DNA of 64,000 nt. It comes from the human T2T-CHM13v2.0 reference genome, Homo sapiens. The translations under genes were made by a program, and so were the position numbers. The first letter of the stretch is position 1. Every line of letters begins with the position of its first letter. Where the stretch lies: the NCBI RefSeq assembly GCF_009914755.1, contig NC_060938.1; one strand, given 5' to 3'. Positions 39,856 through 52,226 of the stretch are shown piece by piece. The notes under the pieces were generated by a model. It was not told where the DNA came from and did not search any database. It worked only from the letters and a program-made list of their open reading frames with translations.

Positions 39856-41499
39856 AAAAAAACTATAAGCTGTGCATTTCCCTCAGGGGAGAAAATATAT
39901 GAGCTTTTAGGAGTCCAAAGGGCAGATCAGTTCCCCTGCTTTGTTCTCTATGTGTTTAAGACAAGAAAAAGCCCCCGATGGAGTCAGAAGGAAGGGTTCC
40001 CTTCAGCACACACCTAATTACAGTCCTCACTTGATTCCATCTTATAAATGACAACCATCAGATGCCAAGTTGTGGCAGAATGACATCTGGCTCTTTGGCA
40101 GACACCCCTGGCAACAGCGTTAATGACTTCGGAGATGGCTCTGGATGTGTAATGCTGTTAAGTTTGTTGTGTGGATTACATTATCCTCTTCAACTTCTTT
40201 TTACATTGTCCTCTAACTCACTTCAGGTTCCGATTCTGTGAAACCTGGACACATTTATCCAAATTTGCCCAATGCCCTTCATGGCCTTGACATGGCGGTC
40301 CTTTAATACATTTTCATCATCTCCTGTACATTTTTCACAGAGACTTGTGAATGTACTTCACAGCCAGTTTGTGTTCTCATAGGCAACTCAAAAGGTTTTA
40401 GTCGTCTGGGAAAAAGCTCTTTAGTACTCGACCAAATTACATTTTCTAAGATGACCACATTTGGGGCTCCTTTTGAAATCATGCTATATAAAGAAAAAAT
40501 CCCTCAGTCAGTACATATGCTTTGAATTTGAAACCAATATGCAATGCTTCATTAGCTCCCAGGATGAACTATAAAAAGGCAGGGGTTGCAACCATAACAG
40601 TCTTGCCTCTGACTGAGAAAAATATATACATTTTAATTTTTTCCTAGGCATTAAAAATAAAGCCTTTATCTGAAATTTCATCCAGTTTTCAGAAATGATG
40701 CATTTAATTTTAATCTGAGTTCTTTTTTGTCTCTTTTTTTTTGCCTCTACCACGAAGAAACAGGAGGCCAAACTGGGGAAAGATAATTATATGAGAAAAA
40801 AACATTCCCTAATGCTTTCTTTTGCCAGTTATTGTGATTTTGAAAGAAACTGAAATAATCAAATAGGAGATATATGTTTATATTCAAAGGTATAAAACAT
40901 TAAGAGAAAAATTAGGACCCAAATGATAAATCATTATAGCAAATGATGATAATAAACAACACTTTTAGTATAATAAGCCCCTGGAATTGACAAGCTGAAA
41001 TGTTAACTTTGTTTTATAGGTATTTTGACTGTTTGCTTACAAAATAACTGCAATACTCACAATTGAAAAAAAAAGGGAACATGATCTAGTGTTTCAACTT
41101 ATTGGGGAAACATTTCTGTGTAGAACCAATGCATTTATCATGCTTAATTGGAAATTAATGGAAAAATATTTATATTACTTGTGTTTTTACTTTTTTAAAA
41201 ATTTAGGCATGCCATTTTAAAAATGGATTACATTTATTTAGAATGCTGATGGAAATCATAGATATAGAATTATGAAATGTCAAATGTAAAATTAAAAAGG
41301 GAAAGATAATTTTTTAAAACTACATACAGTAGTTCTCAATTATACCATGGTACTCTGTAATTCCTCAAAATTCTGAAGCGATTTGTAGGAAATAGGAATA
41401 TCTATGGTTCAAATATGTGAGTTTCAAATACTTTTTTTAATAGAAAAGACAATAGACATCAGAACACAATTGTTCAGGAAATTGCAAAGTGATTTTTAA

Positions 41500-41950
41500 T
41501 TTATAATAACTAGCTGATGAGGAATGAAGGGATCTTTCACTGAGTTGTCAAATATTTGGCCAAAGTCTCCTGTGCCTTGGTTAACAAACTTTAGTCCCCA
41601 TAAATATATTGATGTCTTCGCGAAAGGTGTGAACAGATGCTTTATCTCCACATTGTGTGCATAAATGTAAGTTCTGAGGTGTAAATTGATCAGACTGTAG
41701 AAACAAATCATTTAAGATTTGTGCAGTGATTAATAACAGAAGCCAGTAATCAAATCTCCCTGCCACCAGCACATCTGTTACACAGAGTTTCTAGTTTGCC
41801 CTATTATGCAAATGTGCAATAAAACAAATACATTACTTAATTTAGCAGCTGGTTCAAAAACATTATTTTAGGTGATTTCTTTATGCTTTGTGTACTTTTG
41901 CCATTGATGGTGGTTAATGTGAACTAATTCAATTGTTTATGAGATGAAGG
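41500..41950. promoter_or_regulatory. Candidate developmental enhancer
   Basis: Repeat-free; T-box AGGTGTGAA 41625-41633 and AGGTGTAAA 41677-41685, octamer ATGCAAAT 41806-41813; motif-only evidence. Confidence 0.3.
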
Positions 41951-42409
41951 CTTCCACATAAAAAATAGCCCTCAGGAAAGCCAGCTTTGAAGAAATTCAT
42001 TGTGACCCTGGTCTCTAAGAACCAAACAGTGCAGCAAACACGGGATATGTCATGGCTCTCAGACCTCCATTCAAACAGCTCAAGAACCTTTAAGCGCTTA
42101 AATGTGAGCTCATATGATTTCTATATCCTGGAGGATCGAGGAAAATCTCATGACTAGTTCTAAAACCTGTATGATTTTTAAGTTGGTTGAAACCTGGCAC
42201 CATAATTGGACAGCAGATAGTTGAAAAGTACTATATACGCCCAGTTCATAGTCAAGGTATCTCGGTTAATATTCAGGCTTTCAATCCTTTCCATTATAGA
42301 CCCATAGGGCAATTTCTAAAGGACCATTTAATTGGTCATTTATAAATCCACTTTCACCAATGGCCAAAGTGAGGAATTACAAGCATGCTAACATAATAAT
42401 ATCTACAGT

Positions 42410-42600
42410 AATAAAAATAACCAACATTGATTGAAGACACATTTGCATAGCACTATGAAACATCCTTAAATGCAATAGCCTTTTCATCTTCATATTTTAC
42501 CAATGAGGGTTGTGGGATTCAAAGTGACTTGCCCAAGGTCACAGGGCAATGAGACTGAATGAAGGTCTGATTCCAAAGCTCATGCTCATAATTATGATAT
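42410..42600 (-). mobile_element. MIR
   Basis: CATATTTTACCAATGAGG...AAGTGACTTGCCCAAGGTCACA...TCTGATTCCAAAGCTCATGCTC. Confidence 0.75.
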
Positions 42601-42860
42601 CTTGTTTCATAAACCAAGGTTAAATTTCAATAGGAGACCTGAGGATAAAGAATAGGTGTAGAGTATGTTCTTAGCACCATAGAAATAAGAGGGAGAAACT
42701 CTAAGTTGCTAAATAAATAGTATTCACTTGCATCTTCTGCAAAGTAAGTAAGACCAGAGTGAATTGAGAATTCAGACATTAACATTAGGAAAGAAAAGGC
42801 ATGGATTTAGGACACTTGACTGAGAACAGGCCTTTCTGAAATGTGGATTACTCAACAGAG

Positions 42861-43251
42861 AGAATTAAGTTCTCCAGAAGAGAAAAACAAAAACATAAAA
42901 TAGAATGTGAATATACATAGAAAGAAATTTATTATAAGGAACTGGCTTATTGATTCTGAAGGCTGGCAATTCTAGAACATGCAGTGTGGACCTGTGGACT
43001 GAAGATCCATAACAGCTGATGGTACAGATGAAGTCCAAAGGAATTCTGCTGAGAATTCTCTCTTGTTTGAGGAGACTAGTTTTTTTTTTTTGTTTTTGTT
43101 TTTGTTTTTGTTCTTATTTGGGCCTTCAACTGAATGGATGAGGTCCACTTATATTGGGGAGGCCAATCTGGCTTACTCAAAGTTAATCACTTTAAATGTT
43201 AATCTTATCAGAAAACACCAATCAAATTGACATGTAAAATTAACCATCACA
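42861..43251 (-). mobile_element. MLT2 (ERVL) solo LTR
   Basis: GTTCTCCAGA...ATTTATTATAAGGAACTGGCT...AAAATTAACCATCACA; TSD CAGAG/CAGAC. Confidence 0.8.
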
Positions 43252-43639
43252 CAGACCAAATTTATACTCTGGATACCAGCAAAATGAGGTACATAAAAAT
43301 AGTTTTTGAAATAATGTATTTCAGAAAAAGCAAACATCATAGACAAAACTAGGACTCTGGCAAACTTATTACTATTTTTCAGTTTAGCATTGTTTATATT
43401 TTGAATTACTTAGAGGGTGAAAAGAGACAAAAAAAAAATTCTCCATAATCACCACAATATTTTAGTGCTTAGGAACTCTAAAGACCCTGCCTTCTAACCA
43501 TTGCTGGAGGTTTCAAACCATCATTATGAGTTTGTACTGTCTAATCCTTTAGAAGTTATAGTAAAAGTGGCATGAATTCATTTGGCAAACATTAGGCCTA
43601 ACAACAACATTCTTACTTTCTGTAGAAAATGTGAGGGCA

Positions 43640-43885
43640 GCATCATATAACGGGCAAGAAGGAGGCATTGAAGTCAGAAAGGCTCATTTCCTTACACTTT
43701 CTATCAGTGTGATTTTTGGCAAGTTACATAACTCTCTAAGCCACAATTTCCGTCTATATAAACGAAAGATAATTGAGCCCATTTTCCTAGGGCTACCATG
43801 AGGATTAGAGGAGTTAAGGCATTTGGAGCTCTGAGCACAGCATCTGACATGTGATAACTCAATAAACATTATACTTGTAATAGCC
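43640..43885 (+). mobile_element. MIR
   Basis: GGCAAGTTACATAACTCTCTAAGCCACAATTTCC...GAGGATTA...CTCAATAAA. Confidence 0.75.
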
Positions 43886-44619
43886 ATAGGAGAAAGAAAA
43901 TCATTAGAGTAAAAGGCACAATAGTAGAAACAAACCCACCCATACTTTCTACATGTTGAGCAATGAATATTCTTGGCAAAGGCGCTATTGAGTTAGTAAC
44001 AGGATCATTGAAGAACCATCATAGATAGACCCTAGGCCTCTATTTTTGGCAACCACACTTCTATATCATAGCAACATAATGCATAGCAAAATCATAGCCA
44101 GCATACTCAAATTTCACATTAAAAATAAATTTGGAATAGGAACAGTTTCCAAGGTTTTTTGCTTCTGCAATTATTTGGTTCTAAACTAATTTGTTATTTA
44201 TTGACTGCAAATTTTAGGAATTATATGCATGGAAATTCCCTCAAAGGAAAAAAAAATTAATGAAGTAGAAGTTTTATGGTCTTGAAATTTAATGATTGTC
44301 AATAGTATGTATTGTAGACATTTTACTACACATTTTTAAAATTTGCAATTTTTGTTACATACTTTGGAGTCAAAGTTTCTTTACAGTTTACAAATATTAT
44401 GGAAGTTTCTTGAAAAGTTAACAGATCCTAGATATTATTCATACAGTGCATAGTAGTTAAACTCTCTTGCATGAATTTTGATACTATAGGAAGTTACATG
44501 GAGAAAGAAATATAGAAAGGTACATTTTCATCATTAGATAAAAACGTCTTGAATTAAAGCAAGATTTTTTTAATCATGAAGCATTTTAAACATTTTGAAA
44601 GGTATTTTAAAAATGAAGT

Positions 44620-46400
44620 ACAGTCTATCATTTATTGTATTCCCCACCTTAAAGTTAATTTTCTTTTTTCCAGAAATATTCAATAACTATTTTGGGTTCA
44701 CAGTTGGATGCTAGGTTAGCTGAATATAAATTTCAAAACTAATAATTATACTCAGCACTCTAAAGGTATTTCATTGTCTTTTGACATTTTATTGCAATTG
44801 AAAAGTTTGCTGTCGATGGACAGTGAATTGCCTATTAGCTTCTCGGGTTTGCTCTCTTTGGTATTCTATAGTTGGTCTATAGTCTGCATAGGAATGAAAT
44901 GAATGCATAGATTGATTGATAGATCTGTGTGTTTTAAATCTGAAGATTCTGGTCATTTATCAATTCTGCAAATTTTCAGACATTTGGTTTCCAAATACTT
45001 CTTATATGCCTCATCTTTCTTTTCTGAAATCCTATTAGCAGAATGTTGAAAACCTTGACTCTTTAAGCCTCCTTGCATGTTTTTTTGTATTATTTCTATT
45101 ACTTCTTTCTAGTAGTTTACTCAGATTTGTATTTCAAATGACAAATTTGCTCAAGCTGCTTTGTTCTCTCCTTTGCTCAGTTTACTACTTAAACCTACCC
45201 TTTTTTTTTTTAACTTAGTGACAAAAATTCTTCATATCTACATGTTCTATTTTTATCAATTTGAAATTGTGTATTTCATGGTATCTTATATTCTTGGATT
45301 TCTTTTTAAAATTTCTTTAAACTTTTTAGGCCCCCTTTTTTCTTTGTGTAATCTTTAATTTACTATTTCAAGTTCCTGGCTGCTAATATTCTTGGTTTTG
45401 TATCTGTTGACTACACTCATGCTGGATTATAATTTGTTTTTACAAATTCATTTTTCTCTGGAAACCTGGGTTGTAGGAGAACCTCTATAGAACAGTTTTT
45501 CATTTATTTCTGCTTGTCTCAGGGATTCCACCACCAAGGATAAATTTTTCTCAGACCATGCAAATTCAGTCAATTTAAACGCCAAACTTGCATGATTAGT
45601 GGGTCCATGATTAGGACCCACTAAACAGGTGCTTTAGGACCTGTTTTTCACCCATCCATTTGGGAAGTCAAAGTCAGTAGGCTCTGTTATTGTCTGAGAT
45701 ATTGGGTGGATTTTTTTTCTAGCCTATCCTTTTAAATTCTTAGATTTCTACGTACATATTAGTGCCAACATCCTGCCATGTACAAGTCAAAGTCTCATGT
45801 TCGTTATCTGGTGGGGAACTAAAATCCAATCTATTATATTAGTTGGACAATAGCCCACTCTAGTCAGCCTCATTGTCAGTACACCTTATAGTTTAAATTT
45901 GTTTTTTAGCATCTGAAGATTTACTTTCCTGTGAATTCTACTGACATTTTAATACTTTTTGTCAATCAAAATGAGCAGTTTCAAACGTTTATTGTTGGAG
46001 AATATTTTTGTTAGTGCTATGGAATGAATTGTGTCCCCACTCCCAAATTCATATGTTGAAGCCTGAGCCTCTAATGTGATGATATTTGCAGATAGGGCCC
46101 TTGAGACATAATTAGGTTTAGATGAGGTAATACATGTGTAATCGTCAGACCAGATTAGTGCCTTTATAAGTAGAGATACCAGAAAACTCTGTCTCTCAGC
46201 CACGTGAGGGCACAGGGAGAAGGCAGCTCCTGCAACCCAGAAAGTGAGCCCTTACAAAACCCACCAGTGCTGGGACCCTCATCTCAGACTCCCAGCTTTC
46301 AAAACTGTGAAAAAATAAATGTGTTGTTTAAGCCAGCTACCTGATGTTATTTTGTTTTGGAAGTTTAAAGAGACTAAGACTATCAGCCGTCTTTCTGAAA
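44620..46400 (-). mobile_element. Old L1 (L1M-type) 5'/ORF1 region, interrupted by MLT1A
   Basis: T-rich antisense L1 motifs TTCATTGTCTTTTGAC, ATTGAAAAGTTTGCTGTC, TTTATCAATTCTGCAAATTTTCAG. Confidence 0.55.
46015..46381 (+). mobile_element. MLT1A-like MaLR solo LTR
   Basis: TGCTATGGAATGAATTGTGTCCCC...CAAATTCATATGTTGAAGCC...GACTAAGAC. Confidence 0.85.
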
Positions 46401-46765
46401 TGTTGAGTCTCCAACTCCAATCCTTTGCTTGTTCAATTAATACAGATGACTTTTAAAGAAATAAAAAAAAATTATTGTGGCTTTTACCTTTAAATCAACA
46501 ACAGGAGCCCACTAGTATGAATGCTGCATTTGATTCTCCCAGGATTTAGGTAAACCACAGTATCTGAGCAAGTGACATACATTAAAAAAAAAAAAAAAGT
46601 CTACTAATTCATTTGGAACAAACAGTTTAATTCCTGTAAATCCCAAATGGATGACAAGGGAAAGAATTAAATTCAGAAGAACAGCCAAGAACAGAATTAT
46701 TTTATTTTGTCAAAGCAAAAAGAAAAAGAACAACAAACAGCCTCTATATGAATCCAGAAACCAAC

Positions 46766-47155
46766 TGCTTTGGTTTAAATGTGTCCTCTAAAGTTCATCG
46801 GAAACTTAATCCTAACACAGTTTTGAGAGGTGGGGCTTTCAAGTGGCAATTAGGTCATGAGACCTCTGACCTCACATAATGGATTTAATACCATTATCAA
46901 AGGACCTCTCCTTTGATTAGTTAGTCATCATATAAGTGAGTTCCTGATAAAAGGAAAACATTCAGCCCCCTTTCCTCTCTCTTGCACAGGTTCTTTTACC
47001 ATGTGATGCCTTCTGCCATGCGAGAAAGCCCTCACCAGATGCAATCCCTCAGTCTTGAATTTTCCAGCCTCCAGAATCATGAGACAAATTTATATTATTT
47101 ATAAATTACCCAGTCTGTGGTATTCTGTTATGGCAACAGAAAACAGACTAAGACA
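46766..47155 (+). mobile_element. MST (MSTC/D-like) MaLR solo LTR
   Basis: TGCTTTGGTTTAAATGTGTCC...ATAAATTACCCAGTCTGTGGTATTCTGTTA...GACTAAGACA; TSD CCAAC/CCAAT. Confidence 0.85.
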
Positions 47156-48479
47156 CCAATCTATTGAAGCCTAATAAAGTAAAAACTTCTGTATTGAAAA
47201 TAAAATATCTTGGGGGGAGTTTGTTTAATAAAAATGGAGCTATAATTATTGTTGTAGCTATAAATTATTACCAAGAGTCCTCTAGCTAATTTGAAGGCTT
47301 TAATGTGTCTATAGTTAGAAATGAGAAATTTACTGCAATAAACTACGTAGTATCTGTTGCTCTTTGAAAACAAAGAAATCTGTTGTATGGCAGCCGTATA
47401 GCCCTGGAGCATCCTGATGAACTGTAAACAATCCAGGCTCTACTGTGTGTGGGGTAAAAAAAAAAAAAAAAAAATTAGCTGATGTTTAATATAGAATTGT
47501 ATTCTAGCCGTGTAACCAAAGGCTTTAAAAGCACCTTTTCCTTCTCTTTCAGAGGCTGGTATTAATAAAATTACTTGGTAATTTGGCAGTTGTAAATTGT
47601 GACCCTCTGTCAGTGGCTAGGTCACAGATGTCTCCCTCCTTTCCTTTTTAAACACTGATGGGTTCAACACAGTAAACATTGACTTCATAAATAAGCAGAG
47701 TCAGAGTACTAGGTTCTAGTCACTTCCATAATGGAAAGTAAGCAGAGCAATTTAATAGTGGGTGTGGGAAGTGGAAGGAGGGGGAACCAGGATCATAGTC
47801 AAGCAAATAATGGAATGAATACCCTATTTAAGTATGCCAGACATACTCGTGTAAAAGAAGCTTGTGGGTCACCAGATACTACAGGAATGGCATGCTGGGT
47901 TGATCCCATAATTAAGGGAGAAGACATAAGTCAGGAGCATCTCAGACCAAATGTCTTGCGCTACTATACACTATAATTATTACTCTTATGAGTCTTACTT
48001 CAATAGGCACTTTGCACTGATGATATGAAATGCCTTCTCCTTTCAGTATCAAAAGTTAAAGAGTAAAGTGTATGGAAGATTGGAGAGTCAGCTAATACTC
48101 CCTCTATTGCAAAGACTGTGACCATCACTCTATTTTGCAAAGCAGAACAAAGCAGGGATTTTTACAAGGTAGCATAAAAAATGTTGGTTCTAAAAGTATC
48201 CATTACTTTAAGGACATCACATACCAGATGACTTTATCCCAGTTCTTTCCAAAATCAGGCAGTTAGTAATCAAAGAAGAAAATGGTCAAACTCCCACTTC
48301 CACTAACACTATTACTACGTATGCACGCGTGCACACAACACACATTTATGTCCAGTGGAAGCACTGACATATTGGTTTTTCTAAAATCTTGTCCCTCAAA
48401 ACATTTCCAGATATTTTTATGTGGAATATATGATTAGATGTTATTTTTCCTTGTTAATAGTGTCTGGATTTGATTTGGG

Positions 48480-48913
48480 GCAGAGTATGCCCATTCCTAG
48501 GCAATGAAACACGATTGACTGAAGCCAATCATAACAGTTCTGTCACTTTCAAAACTGCTAGGAATAATCATGTACAAAGTTCAATGAGACCCGAAAGGGA
48601 GGCTTCCCTGTAGGCTCCTGGGAAAACACCTTTCCAGGTAAAAGAAAATAGATACCACAACAGGTGTTACCCCTCCTCTTCCCTACATATTCCTTTCTAG
48701 ACTTCTTCTAGCTGGAGCCACTGCAGTTGTGTCTGATCATGAGAGAAAGGTAGAATGAGCTGAAGAGATATAGTCCCTGACTTCACTGAGCTGCTGAACA
48801 ATACCAGCCTTAGCTAATCTCTGCTCTTTGCATTATGTGGGAAAAATAAATTGTTTAAACTACAGTTAGCAAATTTTTGTTACTTGCAGTCAAATCCATT
48901 TTTAACTGATACA
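48480..48913 (+). mobile_element. Old MaLR LTR (MLT1K/L-like)
   Basis: GATTGACTGAAGCCAATCA...TGTTACTTGCAGTCAAATCCAT...AACTGATACA. Confidence 0.6.
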
Positions 48914-48919
48914 AAATAT

Positions 48920-49290
48920 ATAGCACTATTTGATAACTGCCTACTATCTAGCTAGCATTAACAGGCATACAGTATTTTATTTTCATAACCCCAAGGTAAA
49001 GATAGCTCACTTCAAATCCCAGGTTTACATATGGGAAAGCTGACATAGAAAAAGTTATTGAGTTACTTTGGGTTACTCAGTTGGAACATGGTAGACACAG
49101 ACTTGAAGATGTGGCTTATGTCATTCTTTGTTTTTTTAGTCATTCATTCACTTATTTGAAAGACTTTTAAGGACTTATGAGGCAGAAACGTCTGTGCTGT
49201 GTACCAGAAACATGAATGTTAGTAATTAGTCTGTGCTCCCAAGGACCTCACAGTCTACTGAGTTCATAGTCTTTGAACTCTTAGTTCAGT
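48920..49290 (-). mobile_element. MIR fragment plus L2 3' end
   Basis: TTTACATATGGGAAAGCTGA; TCATTCATTCACTTATTT...CCCAAGGACCTCACAGTCTA. Confidence 0.5.
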
Positions 49291-50924
49291 TGTCTTTTAA
49301 TTTTATCAGTCTGACTTTTTGTTCATTGCCATAGTTGGGTGAACTATTTTTTTAAAAATCAAAATGCAGGTGATCTCAAGGACATTTATCTAAACAAAAG
49401 ATGTATCTTTTATTCACTGCTAGGACATGGAAATAAATTTCTAACATAATTTCAAAGCCAGAATTTTCTAAACAGCTCACCTTCCTTTTAATAAAAGCTA
49501 ACCTGCTAATTTTTCACCCTAACACTTCACCTGAATGGCTACTGCACTGAGCTAGGGTGAGGCAGTCACAGGTCTAAAGCTCAAAAATCACATTGCATAG
49601 TGACATATCATAGGTTATAATCCAAGAGAAGGACTGAACACAGAGGTGGAGGAATATAGGCCAAAAATATGCCACAAAATCCAGAAAGATGCTGGGCTCA
49701 AATGCTGACTTAAATAAAGGGTCAAAACATTGTACCAAATTCACAGAGGCCTGGAAAATAAGGATATACTAATGAAAGTGCCTGTAATATGTAGAAAGAG
49801 CACATAAAATGAATTATGCCAAGAGTCAAAGGACTAATTATGATAAATATTTCAATCAATAATTTAATCTATTGTCAAAGCAATTAAGTAAAAATAGATT
49901 TTTGAAAATTATGTGCTTAGAAATATGCTAAGAGCCATAGAGAAGAGCAGGACATAAAAGAATTATAAAACGTCGCCTTTTTGGTCAATTAAGTTAGAGT
50001 TCAGTTGGAGATGCAAGTGGGGCAGCAATGCATATGGAAAAACTTAGACAACATTCCAATGGGACAGAATGCAATGCCAGGAGATAAGATGCAAAAAGAT
50101 ATTTCAGAACTGAAAAAACATGATGTATGATGCAGAGAGTCTGGGATTGGAATTTGATAACTTGACCACAGTTGCAGCTCTACAAACCTACAAACTTTAT
50201 GATCGAAAGGTCACTTTAACCCCTGCTTCTTGAGGAAGATATAATTTAAGAATGCAAAATAAGAAAATATATAAGACTTTTTGAATTGCTAAATATTCAT
50301 TATATGTTATTTTCACTGGAGGCTAGGGGAAGAATGTTTTATAGAAAAAAGAAACATCTAAAAAAAAGAAGAAGAACATGAAAGAAAGGATTTACACACC
50401 CTAGAAAATGAGAGTAATGCTTCCTGAGAAAATCTAAGCAAAGATGAAGGATACAGACAGAAGTCCTGAGCTCTGATTTTAACTCTGTCCCTTAATAGCT
50501 CACTGAACCTGCTTTTCTCATCCACGAAACAGAAAGAAAACACTGTCTCTTCAGCATCTCCTATAGGACTTGAGGATGAAATAAAATCAAAAACATGAAA
50601 TTGCTCTGCAAATACATGTTCTTTTGGCTGTAAGGATTGCAGCCTGACTGGAGCAAAGACATTAGCTGGAGGTTAAATGAAATAAAAGGATGGTACAAAA
50701 CCAGGCAAAGAAATGCTATGTTGTGTCCCTGCCATAAAGTGATATCAATATGACAGCCTGAGTTGCCCAGCCTGAAACACAATCCAATGGAACTCAACTA
50801 TTATGAATGGAAAAAGAGTGCCCTAGCAATGAAAGTGAGATACATAGTTCAATGCCTTAAATTATGCAAATTACACAGGTCAAAAGAGAGATAAGCACAG
50901 ATACTGAACTTTTCCCACTACCCA

Positions 50925-51683
50925 ATCACAGCTCTGCAATGGATCTACTGCCCCAGGTGCAGGCAATAAGAAGGTGCATTGTTCGCACCTTCTAAAATGG
51001 ACTAAAAGACTGTATGCTTTTTTCATTATCAACATGCTCCAGCAGTTCTAAACAATGCCAGTGATGAAATACTCGTTTGCAGAAAAGTATCTTGTTGGTC
51101 TCATTTCTAAATTACTGAGATTACTGTTGACTTTTAATAATATTCCAGTATGTGACCTTCAAATTAGCATTGTTCTTTAATAAAATCTATGTTCTTTAAA
51201 AAATGCCATATTCTACATGAAATTTGAAGTACTACCAGTTCATAAGACATTTGTAATGACTCAACATCCTTTGAGTTTGCCTCTCCAAATGCTGTTCTAC
51301 ATATTCCTGAATTTAAACACTAGACATACAATGACTGCACATGATTGTAAAAATAAAGAAAAATAACATGAGCTCTTCAGTTTTGTCATTCTGGGTGACT
51401 ACTTGAAGTTCATGTTTAAAATTTCCAAGAAGGAAACAATGGAAAACTGCATATCATTAAGTGTCTATTTTAGGTCATACATGAAATACTTCATTGAATT
51501 TTCATAACTGTTTTCAAGTTGAAATTTTATCTTTCTTAATTGTTCATTTTTAAAATAAAGAATACATCAAATTAATGATTATCACTGATTATTAGGAGAT
51601 CACTGCTGAAGATACCGTTATATAGAAGGGAAGGGTGTAAAAAACCGATCCACTCTGAGAATTAAATACTCCAAGTACACCAG
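50925..51683 (+). mobile_element. Arthur1-like hAT-Tip100 DNA transposon fossil
   Basis: TGCCCCAGGTGCAGGCAATAAG..GGTGCATTG, GACTAAAAG, TTCTAAACAATGCCAGTGATGAAATACTC resemble Arthur1 5' end. Confidence 0.55.
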
Positions 51684-52032
51684 AGGGAAGGAAAATTCAA
51701 CAACCCCTAGGCACTGTTCTTTGAAAGAAGGTTAGTCCTTTAAGTGTATTACTGACAGACAGTGCTACTGGACAATCAGTACATTTTAATTCACCACCGC
51801 TCTACACCAGGGCATGCCCTAAGAGGGAAATGCATTCTCTGATACATTGGGCATGTCTTCCCTCCACCCACTTAAGACAAAATCTTCGACACTGGAAAAC
51901 CCTTCAACACCCCATTTACGCTGTGACCAGAAAACACAGTGCAGTATTGAAAGATTACTTTTGTTTGGAAGCTATAATTGTGAGGCTTCACCCAGAAATA
52001 TAGGTCTAACTGTGCTATCTAAGCTCAGAATC

Positions 52033-52226
52033 TCACTGTTCTCACACATTGTTGTGGACAAGAACCGCCTGGGATGTTTGTTTAAAAATACAGATTCCTA
52101 AAACCCAGTCCCAAGGATTCCAGTTTAGATCTGAGGTAAAGTCTGAAATCCGTGTTTTAAATGAGCTTACCAATGATGTCATCTAGGTTATTCTTGGGCC
52201 AAGCTTTAATAAGTATTTAGAAACTG
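52033..52226. mobile_element. MER5-type hAT-Charlie MITE
   Basis: GAACCGCCTGGGATGTTTGTTTAAAAATACAGATTCC...GAAATCCGTGTTTTAAA. Confidence 0.65.

Noticed and set aside
40205-40230. U12-type branch point-like TCCTCTAAC close to CAG
   Set aside because: Imperfect match to TTCCTTAAC, and no paired U12 donor or coding exon was recognised
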